Below, piece after piece: positions 1 through 12,089 of a stretch of DNA of 64,000 nucleotides (positions are counted from its first letter, which is position 1; every line of letters begins with the position of its first letter). Source of the stretch: Selaginella moellendorffii (taxonomy: Eukaryota; Plantae; Lycopodiophyta). The stretch spans positions 1,107,510 to 1,171,509 of the forward strand of contig NW_003314312.1 in NCBI RefSeq assembly GCF_000143415.4, in the 5' to 3' direction. The notes beneath the pieces were generated by a model, which saw only the letters and a list, made by a program, of their open reading frames with translations, did no database searches and was not told the DNA's origin. A program made the translations under genes and the position numbers.

Positions 1-1587
1 CGAATGGATCCAGCCACGTTTTGTATACACCGGAAGATGGCGGAGTCTCGTGGATCGCCAAACCTCTGCTCGAATCCGATCCGACACACAGTAGCTTCTC
101 GCAAGCCGGTGGCCAGTCTCCTTTCGTGGACCCCCTGGTAGCACTCATTGGGAACCTCACCAATGTGAGTGTGGCTCCTAGCGGCGATCGCGAGCAAGAA
201 AACTACGAGTCCGACGTAGAGAAAGGCGGGGGGGATTTAGAAGAAGGTGGCGAAGAAGCGGTGGTGGGAGAGATCGAGGAGCTCTTAACTCCGTTGCTGC
301 GACGACGTGCGAGCTCAAAGTCTGTGATCACGGCAGGATTCTTGTCCAGGCCGAGCTCCATGCTGGGCGTAACTCACAGCAGCAGCGGCGTGAATGGGAC
401 TACGGTTGCGAGCCCGGTCGTGAGCGCTGGCATCGGTAGCGGCTGGCAGCTTGCTTGGGAATGGGATAACCAGGAAAGAGGAGGACCATTGTCAGCGACC
501 AAAAACACCAACAGGGACTTTCGACGTGTTTTTCTTCTCCAAGAGGGTGCTGCTGCTGCCAACAACATCTCTGGGAGTTTCTCTGTATCAGCGCGTTCTC
601 TGCCGGGCGTGGTCGAAGATGGTGGTGGAAACGCCGTCGTCGATCAGTCGATCCAAGCCGCGGCTTTGATCGGCAGGCCGGCTCAGTCGTTCCAGAACCT
701 CGTCTCGGACGAGGTGGTCGGGCCGGCGATGGTTCATCCTGTCGAGACAGCCATCAAAGGCCCGGCGTGGTCGGATCTGCTAGAAGTTGGCGTCCGCCGC
801 GCGCTCGTCGTGGGTGTTCTTCTACAAATTCTCCAACAGGTACGTGGAAAGAAAAAGTTTGGCATACTATCGCGATCATGGATTGTGTATTTGTTTCGCA
901 GTTCAGTGGGATCAATGCGGTGCTCTACTTCGTTCCCCAGATCCTCCAGCAGTCCGGGGCCGATGAACTTCTAGCACGTCTGGGACTCGGCTCGGCGTCA
1001 GCCTCGATTCTCGCCAGTGGCGTCACCTGCTTGATCATGCTGCCGTGCATCGGCCTGGCGATGCGTCTCATGGACGTGAAAGGAAGAAGGTAAGCCAACT
1101 TTTCATAGTTTCCTTCGAACTCTGTTTCTCGCTCACGCACAGGCAAATACTCCTCGTCACGCTTCCAATCCTCTTCCTCTCGCTGGTCACCATGGTCATC
1201 TCCAGCACTCTCGTCCCGGCTGGGATCCTCCAGGCAGCAGCGTCCTTCGTCGGCGTCACAGTCTACGTTTGCGTTTTCGTGATGGGATTCGGACCCATCC
1301 CAAACATCCTGGGCTCGGAGATCTTCCCGACTCGAGTTCGCGGCCTCTGCATTGGGATGTGCCAGGCCTCGATGTGGACTTGCAACATCATTCTCACCAA
1401 CATGTTCCCGACGCTCCTCGGGGTGCTGGGAATCGGGGGCTTGTTTGGCTGCTTCGCGGTGGTGGTGTTGGCGGCCTGGATCTTCACCCTGTTCAAAGTT
1501 CCCGAGACCAAAGGCATGCCGCTGGAGGTGATCTCCGAGTTCTTTGCGATGGATGCCGCCAGCCAAGATCACTCTTTGAAACTTTGA
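1..1587 (+). CDS. Tonoplast monosaccharide/sugar transporter (TMT/TST/MSSP family, MFS), 5'-truncated by window edge; exons ..839, 902-1089, 1143-1587
   Basis: Large acidic central loop (SPFVDPLVAL, GIGSGWQLAW, VGPAMVHP), then LQQFSGINAVLY, GFGPIPNILGSEIFPTRVRG and KVPETKGMPLEVI; GT-AG introns 840-901 and 1090-1142 join the three ORFs. Confidence 0.93.
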
Positions 1588-2109
1588 TCCTGAGAAGCTC
1601 TTTGTATGACTTTGGATTATAGGAGCTGCTTGTAACAACATCACGAAGAATAGTTTCTCTTCTTTTCTTGAGGATTTTACTTATAGAGTCAGTCAACTTT
1701 CATGTTGGCTCGCAAAATCTAGCTTTGCTTGCTCGGACTTTTGAGCGTGGTATTGCTTGGAACTCGTGGAATCCGGCTCTTGGTTGTGGGATCCCAGGTG
1801 CGTTAGAGCTATGGTGGGTGCTTCACCTCTCTCGCCTTCCAAAACTCGCAACACCTACATGCAAAAATGTAAGTTCATGTTTTCCCTTTGTAAGGATCAA
1901 CCTGGCTCATTCTTGACCTCTGCGTGGGTTTTCTTGTCAGGCAAAATGCTGCTGCGTGGACCATTGCTTGGATCTCGTAAAGCTGTGAGGTAAGGTTATT
2001 TATTTTTATATTACAGGCTCGTCCAAAACTCGATGTAAGAGATACCGATTCTTTATTGGATCTACGACTGGGAGTGCTTCTTCGTCACAACGACATTCTG
2101 TGAGACATT

Positions 2110-3612
2110 ATTCTAGAGATATATCTAGTGATCTCCGCCTGTGACCATTTTAAGTAAAATCACACCAAACGAATACTCGTCAGCTTTCTCTATACTTGAA
2201 GCCAAATACCTTCAATTCTAAATATTAAATCTCTAAAATAACATATGAGTTTTGGTTTCTTACCTAAGTGTGCCAATTACCTTTGTCTCAACTGCGGGCT
2301 GGCTGCTTGTAGGCCATCTAGCCAATCCAAAATCTCCAACCATATAGAAATGATATAGTAACAATGGTAAATTTGTTACCATTGGAGCATAGTCATGTGT
2401 GAGAAGAACCCTATGAGTTATAGTTCCAACCCAGCATTCCTCGTGAAGATATCGCATCGCTCTGGCAGCCCCCAAAGCGATTCCCTGTCTTGCACACCAT
2501 GGTACCACTGTGTTTTTGTCTCCCTGTCAAAGCCAAGTATTTCAGTGTTTAGAAAAAGAAAAGTACCAAATAAGTGATAGTCGAGTGACTTGTTGCATAC
2601 AAACTCGTAAACGAGCATTCTCTTGCCATCCTCGACGCAAAATCCTGGTTTCGGTGCTGTGCTCCACTCAGAACCTTGACCTCTGCACAAAACTCCTTCC
2701 CTCCTTGCCTGCTGGCGAGCTTGTGTTTCTTCACGGCAATGTGTTGGCCACCTTTGAGAACGCCCTTGTACACAAATCCAAATCCTCCCTCGGCCAGAAA
2801 GTTGGCATGCGAGAAATTGTCTGTTGCCTCCTCGAGCTCAGCGTGCGTAAACTCTCTCGTCTGTCTCTTGAAATCGCGGGGCTTGTGCTTGCAAAGTGGC
2901 AGTGCCGAGCTCCCGAGTTTTGGGACCTTGGCGATCACTTCATCAGTCGTAAGTTTTCTCTTTATCCAGCTTGATTGCAGTGTTGGTTTCATCCAATTCT
3001 CTCGCCGGGATAGCACTGCCGCATTCTCACTCGGGTCAGGATCAACAGTGACACTGTTATTTGATGTTCCTCCTTTGAGTGCTTTGAACATGAAACCATG
3101 GTGTTTACTGTGAGGATCGTGTCGCTGTCCGAATCCCCTCCGGAGGATGAAAAGTGGCGATACTGATTCATAGCAAATTAATTAAGAGGACCTAAAAACA
3201 AAAGAAGAAGAAGAAAAAAAAAACTGCTCAAGTAACAAAAATTGGCCTGTTAAAAAGAATATATATAAAAAAACCAAAGTTTAGATTCGCATCACTGAGA
3301 ATTAAACTGTAGAGCTTCAGTTTTTTACAAATTTCTTCATCCTGGTTGCCAACGAAAGACTGTTGAGTCCCCTTCTGGGGCACTACAACAATAAATATGA
3401 AAATAAAAGGAAAAGAAGAGAAAAAACTTACTGAGTTTTGCAATTCCTGTGACTGTTTGCCGTAAAATCCCAAGATGTGTCAAGACATCCCCAGGCTGAA
3501 GAATTCTCTCCAGCGTCCACTCCACAGCGATGCTTGACGTCTCCCCAAACGCATCAAAAATTACCATAATGTTTCGATTAGAAGTAGTAGTATGAGCAGA
3601 GGTCAGGCACAA
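2110..3612 (-). pseudogene. Decayed USP-like domain + PERK-type Ser/Thr kinase gene
   Basis: N-terminal IMVIFDA..AVEWTLERILQPGDVLTHLG (USP-like); kinase FTHAELEEATDNFS..LAEGGFGFVYKG..AVK; frameshifting deletion after AQHRN, catalytic loop reduced to ITHR-VLL, degenerate YLASSIEKADEYSFG followed soon by a stop. Confidence 0.8.
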
Positions 3613-3868
3613 TGCTGCCCGAAAGTGTGGCTATGTTGCTCGGCAAAGGAACGCTAGACAAAGATTTTCCATCCATTTCTTCTTTCTATTTCCCCTTGAT
3701 CTTAGATCTTGTGATAGATCTTTGCTTGAATTCTCCTCTCTTTTTTTTTGGGGGGGGGGGGGGGGTGATGATCCTGGAATCCTTGCTAGGGAGAAGGAAG
3801 AGATTCTAAGGCCGGGATTCCACAAGTATCGAGCTAAACAAAGAGGTAAGATACAAGGGAGCGTCGGG

Positions 3869-3933
3869 ATTCCCGCCCACTGGCCGCTTATATCTTTACA
3901 CGCGTGTAAATTTGAAATGGCGATGGCGGGAAA
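3869..3933. promoter_or_regulatory. E2F-like sites, perfect 16-bp palindrome and TTTGAA at the start of the OB-fold gene
   Basis: ATTCCCGCC 3869-3877, TTTACACGCGTGTAAA 3895-3910, TTTGAA 3911-3916, GGCGGGAAA 3925-3933. Confidence 0.5.
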
Positions 3934-6372
3934 TGGTATTCTAGGGTTTATAGAATGGGCGAGGAGGGAGCTCGAGGAGTACCGGCGGCGGCACGACGAT
4001 GGCGCGGCGGCGCCCGGATGGGCGTGGATGATGGCGCGCGTCTTGTCGTGCTGCCAAGCTCATCCCCGCGGGGTCACGGAAGGGATTCTCCTCGCGGAGC
4101 TCTTCCAGGTGAGGATTTCTCGCTCGGTTCGAGGGATTTTTGAGGAATGTAGGTACTGTTTGTGGATGATAGGCCTGGGGCGAGAGGGAGCGCGGCAGAG
4201 GCAGAGGGAGGCTCGCGGAGAATCACCCGGTGATGCAAATGAAGAGGAGGAGGGGGGCTCGGTATCAGCATTTGGCCAATGCTGTGACTGTCGACTCGAT
4301 TCTGGAGAAGAAGTTTGTTTCTCTGGATGCCGTGATGGAGGTCGTTGTTCTGGACATCCACGTCTTGCCTGGTAAGCTCATTTAGCTTGGATTCTCGATT
4401 GATTGGAAAGTTTCCAGGGAGCAATGGCTATCTTCTTACGCTTGGAGATCTTTCCAGCGGGAACACAGTGGACCACTATCTGCACCGAAAGTAAGCCAAG
4501 AACTTCTGGTAATCGTCTTTACCTTCTTTTGTTGATGGCTTTTTTTGTTCATAGATTTTTTGACATGGTACAAGATGAGGAGGGAACTATTAAGAGAGGT
4601 CGAGATCTACGCATGACAGGTTGTAGGCTGAGAGTTGGAGCTGGATCGTGTGCTCCGCGTCTTTTACCCACAGAGCACCTAGTAGTCCTACTTGACGAGG
4701 TGCAGTGAATGTTCGATTTTTTGTGAGTTAGCTATTGTTTTCCTCGCAGGACCAAGAACACGATGCAATGCTGCTCGGTGCCCAGTTTCTCTCTGACACT
4801 TTCTCGTCTATACAACGTGGAGCTGCCGGAGATCACCATATTTATGCCAAGTAAGTGTTATTTCGCGTGATCGATCGAGTATGGCTTAATCACTTTGTGA
4901 CGATAGACTGGAAAAGTCCATGGAGACTGAGACAAGCGGCGACAGAAGATGGAAAACAATCTTACTTGTTGATAGTGAGGGAATCACAGTGCCGTTCGTC
5001 CTGTGGAATGACCAGGTTTCTATCGCCAATTTGCTAAGGTTTCGTATCAGGCGTTCTGCTTTCGTAGTGAACATGTTTTACTTGATTGCAGTGACGGAAG
5101 CATGTTGGCCCTTGAACGACCCTTTGTAAACTGTGACACAATGGAGATGGGCCTGGAGTCTGGATCATGCACTCGGATCTATTGTGTGCCGCCCTGTCTT
5201 CAACTCGAGCAAGAGGTAAAACTGCGTTTACTTCGGAATAATTTTCTAATCGTTGTCAAAGGTGACAGTAGCGTCTGATCACGAAACATGTCTTGGATCG
5301 GAAGTGCTGATTCCAAGCAACCCACACGGTGCTATTGATCTCAACGATTTTCCCGCTCGTGTATGGACAATGCAAATTTTATCATTCCTACTGACTGACG
5401 TGTGTAACTTACACGCAGCTTCTGGTAAAGGACTTGAGACCAAAGATGTTCAGCCTTGCAGTTTATGGTACAGTAGCGTTTGTTGGTCGTCAGATTTCAT
5501 CTGCCAAGTGTAGGCAACCATTTATACTGTCTATTAACGACGACACCGGCATTATCGAGATTGAGCTTCAGTTCATGCTGGAGAGCTGGTAAAAATGTTT
5601 AATTGTTTTTCTTTTAGTTTTGATTTTTTCTGATAGTGACTTTGGCTGGCAGGTCTTTTGGCGAGGTTTACTCCGGACAACTTGTGTTTATATCGGGCCT
5701 TGCTACTTATACAGACACTGGTGGAAGGTAAAAGAGAAACTATCTCTTCTCCTTAACGATAATTCGTTGCAGGATGAAATGTTCTTGGACCGAGAGCACG
5801 GAAGGAGCATCTTTCGTGAACGTTTCCCATCTCACTGCAGTCATCTCTTCCCCGTGTCTTCACAGCATTGTTCCTGTCTCTCGATGGTCTGGCTATGGCC
5901 AGGTAGGAGAAATTCCTTTTAAGCTCTCTATTTGACCCGAGAAGATGATATCAGGTGTGCAGAATAAGGGTCGAAAGAGTGGAGCTCCAGCTTCATAAAA
6001 TACACGGTGCTTGTGGTCGGCGTGTTACGGATGAAAGTGGCGCTTGGTTTTGTTCTTTCTGTACGCGCAGTTGCGATCAAGCGTCGCTCTCTTTCCACGC
6101 AGACGTCTATCTTTTTGACGTTGGAGAACCAGGCAGGGAAATTTGTGCTGGAGTCGATGGTGAGGCTGCATTCAATCTTCTTCAAGTTTCTCCTGAGACC
6201 TTTCGTACTTGGCCCGAGGTATTTTGTTTCTGGACTACAAACTATCAGTTTTTGAGCTTATTATTCACAGGATGAGCAAGTGATGTACTTACTAAGTTTC
6301 GATGGCGAAGAATTCTTAGTGTCTTTTTTTCAGAGTCAAGGTAAACTCTGTATTGGTTGTGCAGTTAAATAG
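3917..6372 (+). CDS. Multi-exon OB-fold nucleic-acid-binding protein (Cdc24 OB1-3 type)
   Basis: WAWMMARVLSCC..GVTEGILLAELFQAW, VTVDSILEKKF, GRDLRMTGCRLR..PRLLPTEHLVVLLDEDQ..AMLLGAQF, and a C-terminal HGACG..CSFC zinc ribbon; many short GT-AG introns. Confidence 0.75.
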
Positions 6373-6760
6373 TTAAGCTAGTTGTTTTTGTCAACGATAT
6401 TAAAAAAAGTGTTTTGGGATGCTATTACAATTATAAAATGTTTATGTCAATACTTATATATTTATAGTGCTAATAGCTGCAATATTTATTCTGTTATATT
6501 TTTTAGTTTGTCAAATTTTAATAATGTTGTCAATAACAAAAAATCTATCAAGCAATAATTTAGTATCATTCAATTTACAAGTACAACATTAAAAGCTTTA
6601 TTGGATAAGAAATCTATCAATAGGTTTTGATTTAAATACAAATAAAAAATATATAAAGAATTGGTATTAAGATATTAAATATAATTTACTTTTTTCAACA
6701 ATTTAGACAAATATATTCATAAAAGATTTTACCTAATTTATTTGACCATACACAAAATAT

Positions 6761-6815
6761 TTAACACAGAAGCCTAGCTCTGTGTTAATTAGGGAATCAG
6801 ATATGATTCCCTAAT
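6761..6815. repeat. Two back-to-back perfect hairpins (10-bp and 12-bp stems)
   Basis: TTAACACAGA/TCTGTGTTAA (6761-6788) and ATTAGGGAATCA/TGATTCCCTAAT (6788-6815). Confidence 0.85.
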
Positions 6816-7349
6816 CTCTCACTATAATGGCAAACATGCACACATGACCTAGCCTCACAGCACACTACAGTATAAAATCTCAAAATGGGACATTAGTAGA
6901 AACACACACCTGTTCAAAGAAAAGATCCCACGTCCACAAAATGGAAAATAGACTCAAACAAACTCCAATCCAAACTCAAAATGCTCACAAAATTACACTC
7001 TATGAAATGCAGAATGTGGGGTGAGGTAGCTTACCGCTCTCCATTACTTTCCACGTTTATTCTCCCAAGACCTTTGATTCAACACTATGAGATCATGGCA
7101 GTGTCTGACTGCAAATTGGCTGTGCAGCGTGAAAAGAAGCCATCCACGGGACTAGGAACAAGATGGATGAGGATGTGTGTCTAGGGAGCTACTATGATTG
7201 TGTGAGAAGTTTTTCCTGCGCTTCCAATAACTGCAAAGAATGCCAGGATTGCAACTGCATCACAGGTTGAGAGTTGATGTAAGCCATTGTAAATAAAATT
7301 GCAATCAAGTCCATTGCCCATCCCCATTCAAAATTCATAACTGTGGTGA

Positions 7350-7451
7350 TGAATGGATCAGAAATATGATGATGGAAATTAAGACAGAGAGCGCTAGCCA
7401 TGAATGGATCAGAAATATGATGATGGAAATTAAGACAGAGAGCGCTAGCCA
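7350..7451 (+). repeat. Perfect 51-bp tandem duplication
   Basis: TGAATGGATCAGAAATATGATGATGGAAATTAAGACAGAGAGCGCTAGCCA present twice. Confidence 0.95.
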
Positions 7452-7508
7452 TGCTAGGCTATTTTTCAAGCTTTTCTAGTGGGATTACTGGAGATTTTGC
7501 TGGTCCTC

Positions 7509-7692
7509 TGTTGAGGACTTAAGCCGCAATCTCAAGCTGGGATGCCATGTCAGCAGAAGGGACACATCCGTTTAGGTTCTGTAGGTGATCACGCCCGACA
7601 CATTCTGTTCTTGATCCGTCTTCCGCAATAAAGGTGGACCCAGCATGGAGCGCTGCTGCGCTCACAAGGCTGGGTATCCCCATTTCATAACA
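7509..7692 (+). repeat. Putative short 5' LTR (~184 bp)
   Basis: Starts TGTT, ends AACA immediately before the PBS; no second copy seen in the window. Confidence 0.65.
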
Positions 7693-7704
7693 TGGTATCG
7701 GAGC
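7693..7704 (+). promoter_or_regulatory. Primer-binding site (tRNA-iMet type)
   Basis: TGGTATCGGAGC, one mismatch to canonical TGGTATCAGAGC; followed by 14-bp tandem GTGTGAAGAAACCC repeats before the gag ATG at 7754. Confidence 0.85.
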
Positions 7705-10700
7705 GTGTGAAGAAACCCGTGTGAAGAAACCCGTGTGAAGAACGATCCTGAAGATGGGGAGTGTGCGCGACGCCATAGAGATCTTTGATGGCAAGGATTT
7801 CAGCGGATGGCAGGAGCAACTCGAGTACTACTTTATGCAGAAGGAGCTGTGGCCAGTGGTCGACGGTTCCTGGACGCGCCCTCCCACAACGGACAAGGCT
7901 GACCGCAAAGAGTGGGATGGAAAGAACATCAAGGCCTTGGGCATTCTAGGCAGAGGCCTGGGCAAGGTGTTCAGTTGCCATCTCGACATCACGAAGACTG
8001 CACACGAGAACTGGGAAAACCTGAAAGCAACCCTCGGAAAGGAGAATGAGACCACATTGCTGGACTTAGAGACAGAACTCGGTTCTGTAAGACAGCATGA
8101 AGGTGAGTCCATTCAAGCCTTTGTAGGAAGGTTGAGGAAAGTAGCAAGCCAGATCGCACGCATCACGAAGACACTAGTGAGTGAACTGAAGCTCAAGTCG
8201 GTTGTCATCAAAGGCGTGGCGAAGTATCTTCTGACAACAGCGACTACTCACTCGTCAAAGAAATTTGACGAAATGGTCCTTCAGTTGAAGTCAGCAGAGA
8301 ACTTGATGGAGACCAATGAGGGAGTTGGATCTCAAGATCAAGCGCTATTTGCTGGTCAATCTTCAAAGGGCAAGCGATCTGCAACAGTGTGGGACAGGTT
8401 GGGCCCAGTGAATTCTCCAGGGACTGATGGAACCAGTGGGAGCAAGTCCAAGAAGAAGAAGAAGAAAAACGACGGCCTTTGCAACATTTGCAAGAAACCT
8501 GGTCATTGGGCAAGAGACTGCACCAATGAAGAAGCAAAGAAAGCCAAGGAAGCTAGAAAGCGAGACAAAGGCAAGCAAGTGGCTAACTTTGCAGCAGCTG
8601 ATTCAGATGACGAGCATGGCAGTCTGTTCATGGCTTCGTTAGAGGATCAGCAGGTGACAAAACATGGTCTGTTGAAAGCTGAAGTAATCTGGGTGGACTC
8701 AGGAGCAAACAGGCACATGACATACATCAGAGAGCTGTTTGGCAAGCTGAGACCAGTTCCAGACAACAAGAGGATTTACCTTGGTGACGATTACTCGCAC
8801 AGTGTGCAAGGAGTTGGGACAATCAAGGTGAAACTTGCCAATGGTTAGAAAGTGGACGTGAGCAATGTCTACTATGTGCCTGGTGTCAAGAAGACTCTTT
8901 TCTCAGTGGGGAAGATAGCAGATGCAGGCTGCAAGATTGACTTTAACGAGAAAAGGTGCACCATCTCACGAGAAGGCTATGAGCTAGCATCGGGACGCCG
9001 ACATGCAGGGCTCTATTGCCTGAATGCTGAAGTGGTGTATCCTGAGAGGTTAATGCTCAGTAGCAGCGTGGAAGACAAACCAGCTACACTAGACACTTGG
9101 CACAGGAGATTAGGCCACTCTTCCATCAAGAGAGTACAGCAGCTAGCAAGAGGACAACTTGTCCGAGGACTGAACATTGCTCCATCATCAGCTGGATTTT
9201 GTGAGCCTTGTGTCCTCAGTAAGCAGCATCGCCTTCCATTTCGCTCAGGATGGTAGCAGTGAAGTTTTTGCTGCACAAGTCAGAGGCCTTTGAAGCTTTC
9301 AAGGTCTACAAGCTGCAAGCGGAGCTTGAGACAAGCAGAAAAATCAAGATGCTGAGAAGTGATGGTGGTGGAGAGTTCACCTCTAACGCCTTTAAGGAGT
9401 TCTGTGAGCAAGCTGGAATTAAGCGGCAACTTTCAGTGCCTTCAACTCCTGAGCAAAATGGCGTGGCTGAGAGGATGAACCGAACTCTTGTGGAGATGGC
9501 ACGAGCGATCTTGCAAGATGCAGGCATGCCAAATTTCTTTTGGTGTGATGCTGTGAAGACAGCAGCCTACTTGAGGAATAGGCTGATTACTTCTGCTGTC
9601 AAGGGACGAACACCTTATGAGGTGTGGTATGGGAAGGCACCAGACATGAGCCATCTCAGGATCTTTGGGTGTGTAGCTTATGCACTCAAGGACGAGCCCA
9701 AGAAGCTGGACAGTAGAAGTGAGAAGTGCATTCTCCTTGGCTATGCAAGCAAGATGAAGGGTTACAAGCTCTTCAACCTGAACACCAGGAAGGTGATCAC
9801 GAGCAGGAATGTCATCTTCGACGAGTCTAAGATGTACAACACCAAGAACCAGCTAGCAACCACCTCGCAGCAGATGCCGTTACTCATTAGTGGTAAGCAA
9901 ACCCTAATTGAGGATAGCGACAGCGAGGAGGAAGATGCCTCTCGACGGCAGCGTGCACACTCAGGCGGAGCAGCTACAGGTGGAGGTGGAGTCGTGGCTC
10001 AAGTTCCTCCCAGGGCAGGCCGAACTCTTCCAAGGAGTGTCTCAGATCTCTCACCTTCTCTCAATTTCGAGGAAGGCAGCTCTAGTGAGAGCAGCCAGCA
10101 GCAGGAAAGCAGCCAGCAGCAGGAAGCAGCAGCACCTCGTAGATCCAGTCGTGTTCGTGTCTTGACTGAACAAGGACAGCAGTACAGAGAGGATGTGGCA
10201 TTAAAGCAGGCTCTTGAGGCTTCTAGAGTTGAAGCCAGAGCAGCTCGTGATCGCAGTGCATCTGAGCCACCTCCAGTAACCTCAGCAGCATTTTATTATG
10301 CTGCAAGCTCACCGTCCCAGCAGCAGGAGGAAGTTCCTTCTGAGGACATGGAACTCGACTTTCTAGCACTCTTTCACCAAGCAGAAGCCACAGCACCCAA
10401 GACCCTGCAAGAAGCCTTGGCTGGTCCAAATGCAGCAGAGTGGCAGCATGCAATTTTCCTAGAGTATCAATCTCTGATGGAAAATGAAACGTGGGACTTG
10501 GTGGAGCTTCCTACAGGCAGAAGAATCGTGAGTACAAAGTGGCTGTTCCGGATCAAGTATAAGCCAGATGGCTCTATTGATCGTTACAAGGCCAGATTTG
10601 TAGCTCGAGGATTTTCTCAAGTAGAAGGAGTGGACTTTGCAGAAACATTTTCACCAGTGGTGAAACATGCATCGATCAGGATGTTGCTGAACATTGCTGC

Positions 10701-12089
10701 TCAAGAAAACTTGGAAGTCGAGCAGATGGACGTCACCACAGCTTTTCTGAATGGAGATCTACATGAGGAGGTCTTTATCTCGCAACCAGAGGGCTTTGTT
10801 GTTCCAGGGAAGGAACATTTAGTGTGCCGGTTGAAGAAGGCTTTATATGGCCTTAAACAAGCACCCAGGGCCTGGTACGAGAAAATGGACGCTTATCTCT
10901 TGGGTTTGGGGTTCTCCAAGACTTCAGCTGACAGTAATGTGTACTTGAAGCGAGTGGGAGAATTTCGAGCCATGATAGCTCTCTATGTGGATGACTGCAT
11001 CCTTTTCTCAAGTGAAGGTGCTACCATGAAGCAGTTGAAGCTGGATTTGGGGTGCCGATTCAAGATGGTTGACATGGGACCTCTTCACTACTGCCTTGGC
11101 ATTCAGATCTTCCGAGACAGGAGGAAGGGAGTGATTCAGATGTCTCAGAAGAAGTACATTCTGGACGTGCTTCAGAGGTTTCAACTCAGTGAGCTGAACC
11201 CAGCAACCACACCTATGGAGGTTGGTCTAAAACTTTCACAGGATATGTCACCGACAACACCAGTTGAACAGGAACATATGAAGCGGATCCCATATAGGCA
11301 GATGGTGGGAAGCTTAGTGTACCTGATGGTGTGTACGAGGCCAGACATAGCCTATGCAGTGGGAGCAGTTTCACAGCACTTGGAAAATCCTGGCTACCAG
11401 CACTGGTTAGCAGTAAAGCGGATTTTCAGATACTTGAAGGGGACTGCCAACTATGGTCTTGTTTACAAGCAGCAGCCTAGGGGTATTCAGCTCGTTGGAT
11501 ACTCAGATGCTGATTGGGCTGGTGAAGTTGACAAGAGGAAGTCCACTTCAGGCTATATGTTCAGCCTTGGTAGTGGAGCAGTTACTTGGTGCAGTAAAAG
11601 GCAGCCAACAATTGCACTATCAAGCACCGAAGCTGAGTACGTGGCCACTACCTTAGCAGCCAAAGAGTGTGTTTGGCTGAGGCAACTATTGAGTGGAGTA
11701 TATTATCTGCCTCCCGTTAAAACTTGTTCTGATTTGCACCATGGCGGACAAGACAGCATGGCCGAGCACTTCGAAGTATGAAAACATGAACAAAGAATTC
11801 CCTGGGACAGATTTTTGGGCAGCAAAAGAGATATAATAATCAATAGTTTTAGCCGTCCATCCTGAAGATTGCAACGTGGAGGCCCGCATGGCGTAAAAGA
11901 ATAGATGATGTGCCAACATGAAACCCAATTGTTTAGAGATCTTTTTCTCCACGAGATCTTTTTACCCAAGCTTGTGCTTGATGATCCCAGTGACCCGAAA
12001 TGTGATCTTCTTCCTGGACTTCATGGTCGCGGCACCCTGCCCAAATGCTCTATCTTTGCCCTGAGCCTCTATCCAGCATGTCTCCAGGC

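Larger units (their letters stand above)
7509..11700 (+). mobile_element. Ty1/copia LTR retrotransposon, 3'-truncated and inactivated
   Basis: 5' LTR + PBS, gag with CNICKKPGHWARDC knuckle, protease WVDSGA, GAG-pre-integrase WHRRLGH..CEPC, integrase LRSDGGGEF/PEQNGVAER, RT QMDVTTAFLNG/LYVDD, RNase H YSDADWA..LSSTEAEY; copia domain order. Confidence 0.97.

Noticed and set aside
3741-3765. Poly-T/poly-G run as a functional G-quadruplex
   Set aside because: Simple homopolymer of uncertain assembled length; no other support
7350-7742. Short tandem repeats as a CRISPR-like array
   Set aside because: Only 2-3 copies with no unique spacers; eukaryotic context
8846-8854. Programmed stop-codon read-through between gag and pol
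   Set aside because: TAG falls inside the protease region and is followed by AAAGTG, not a CARYYA-type signal; a point mutation is simpler
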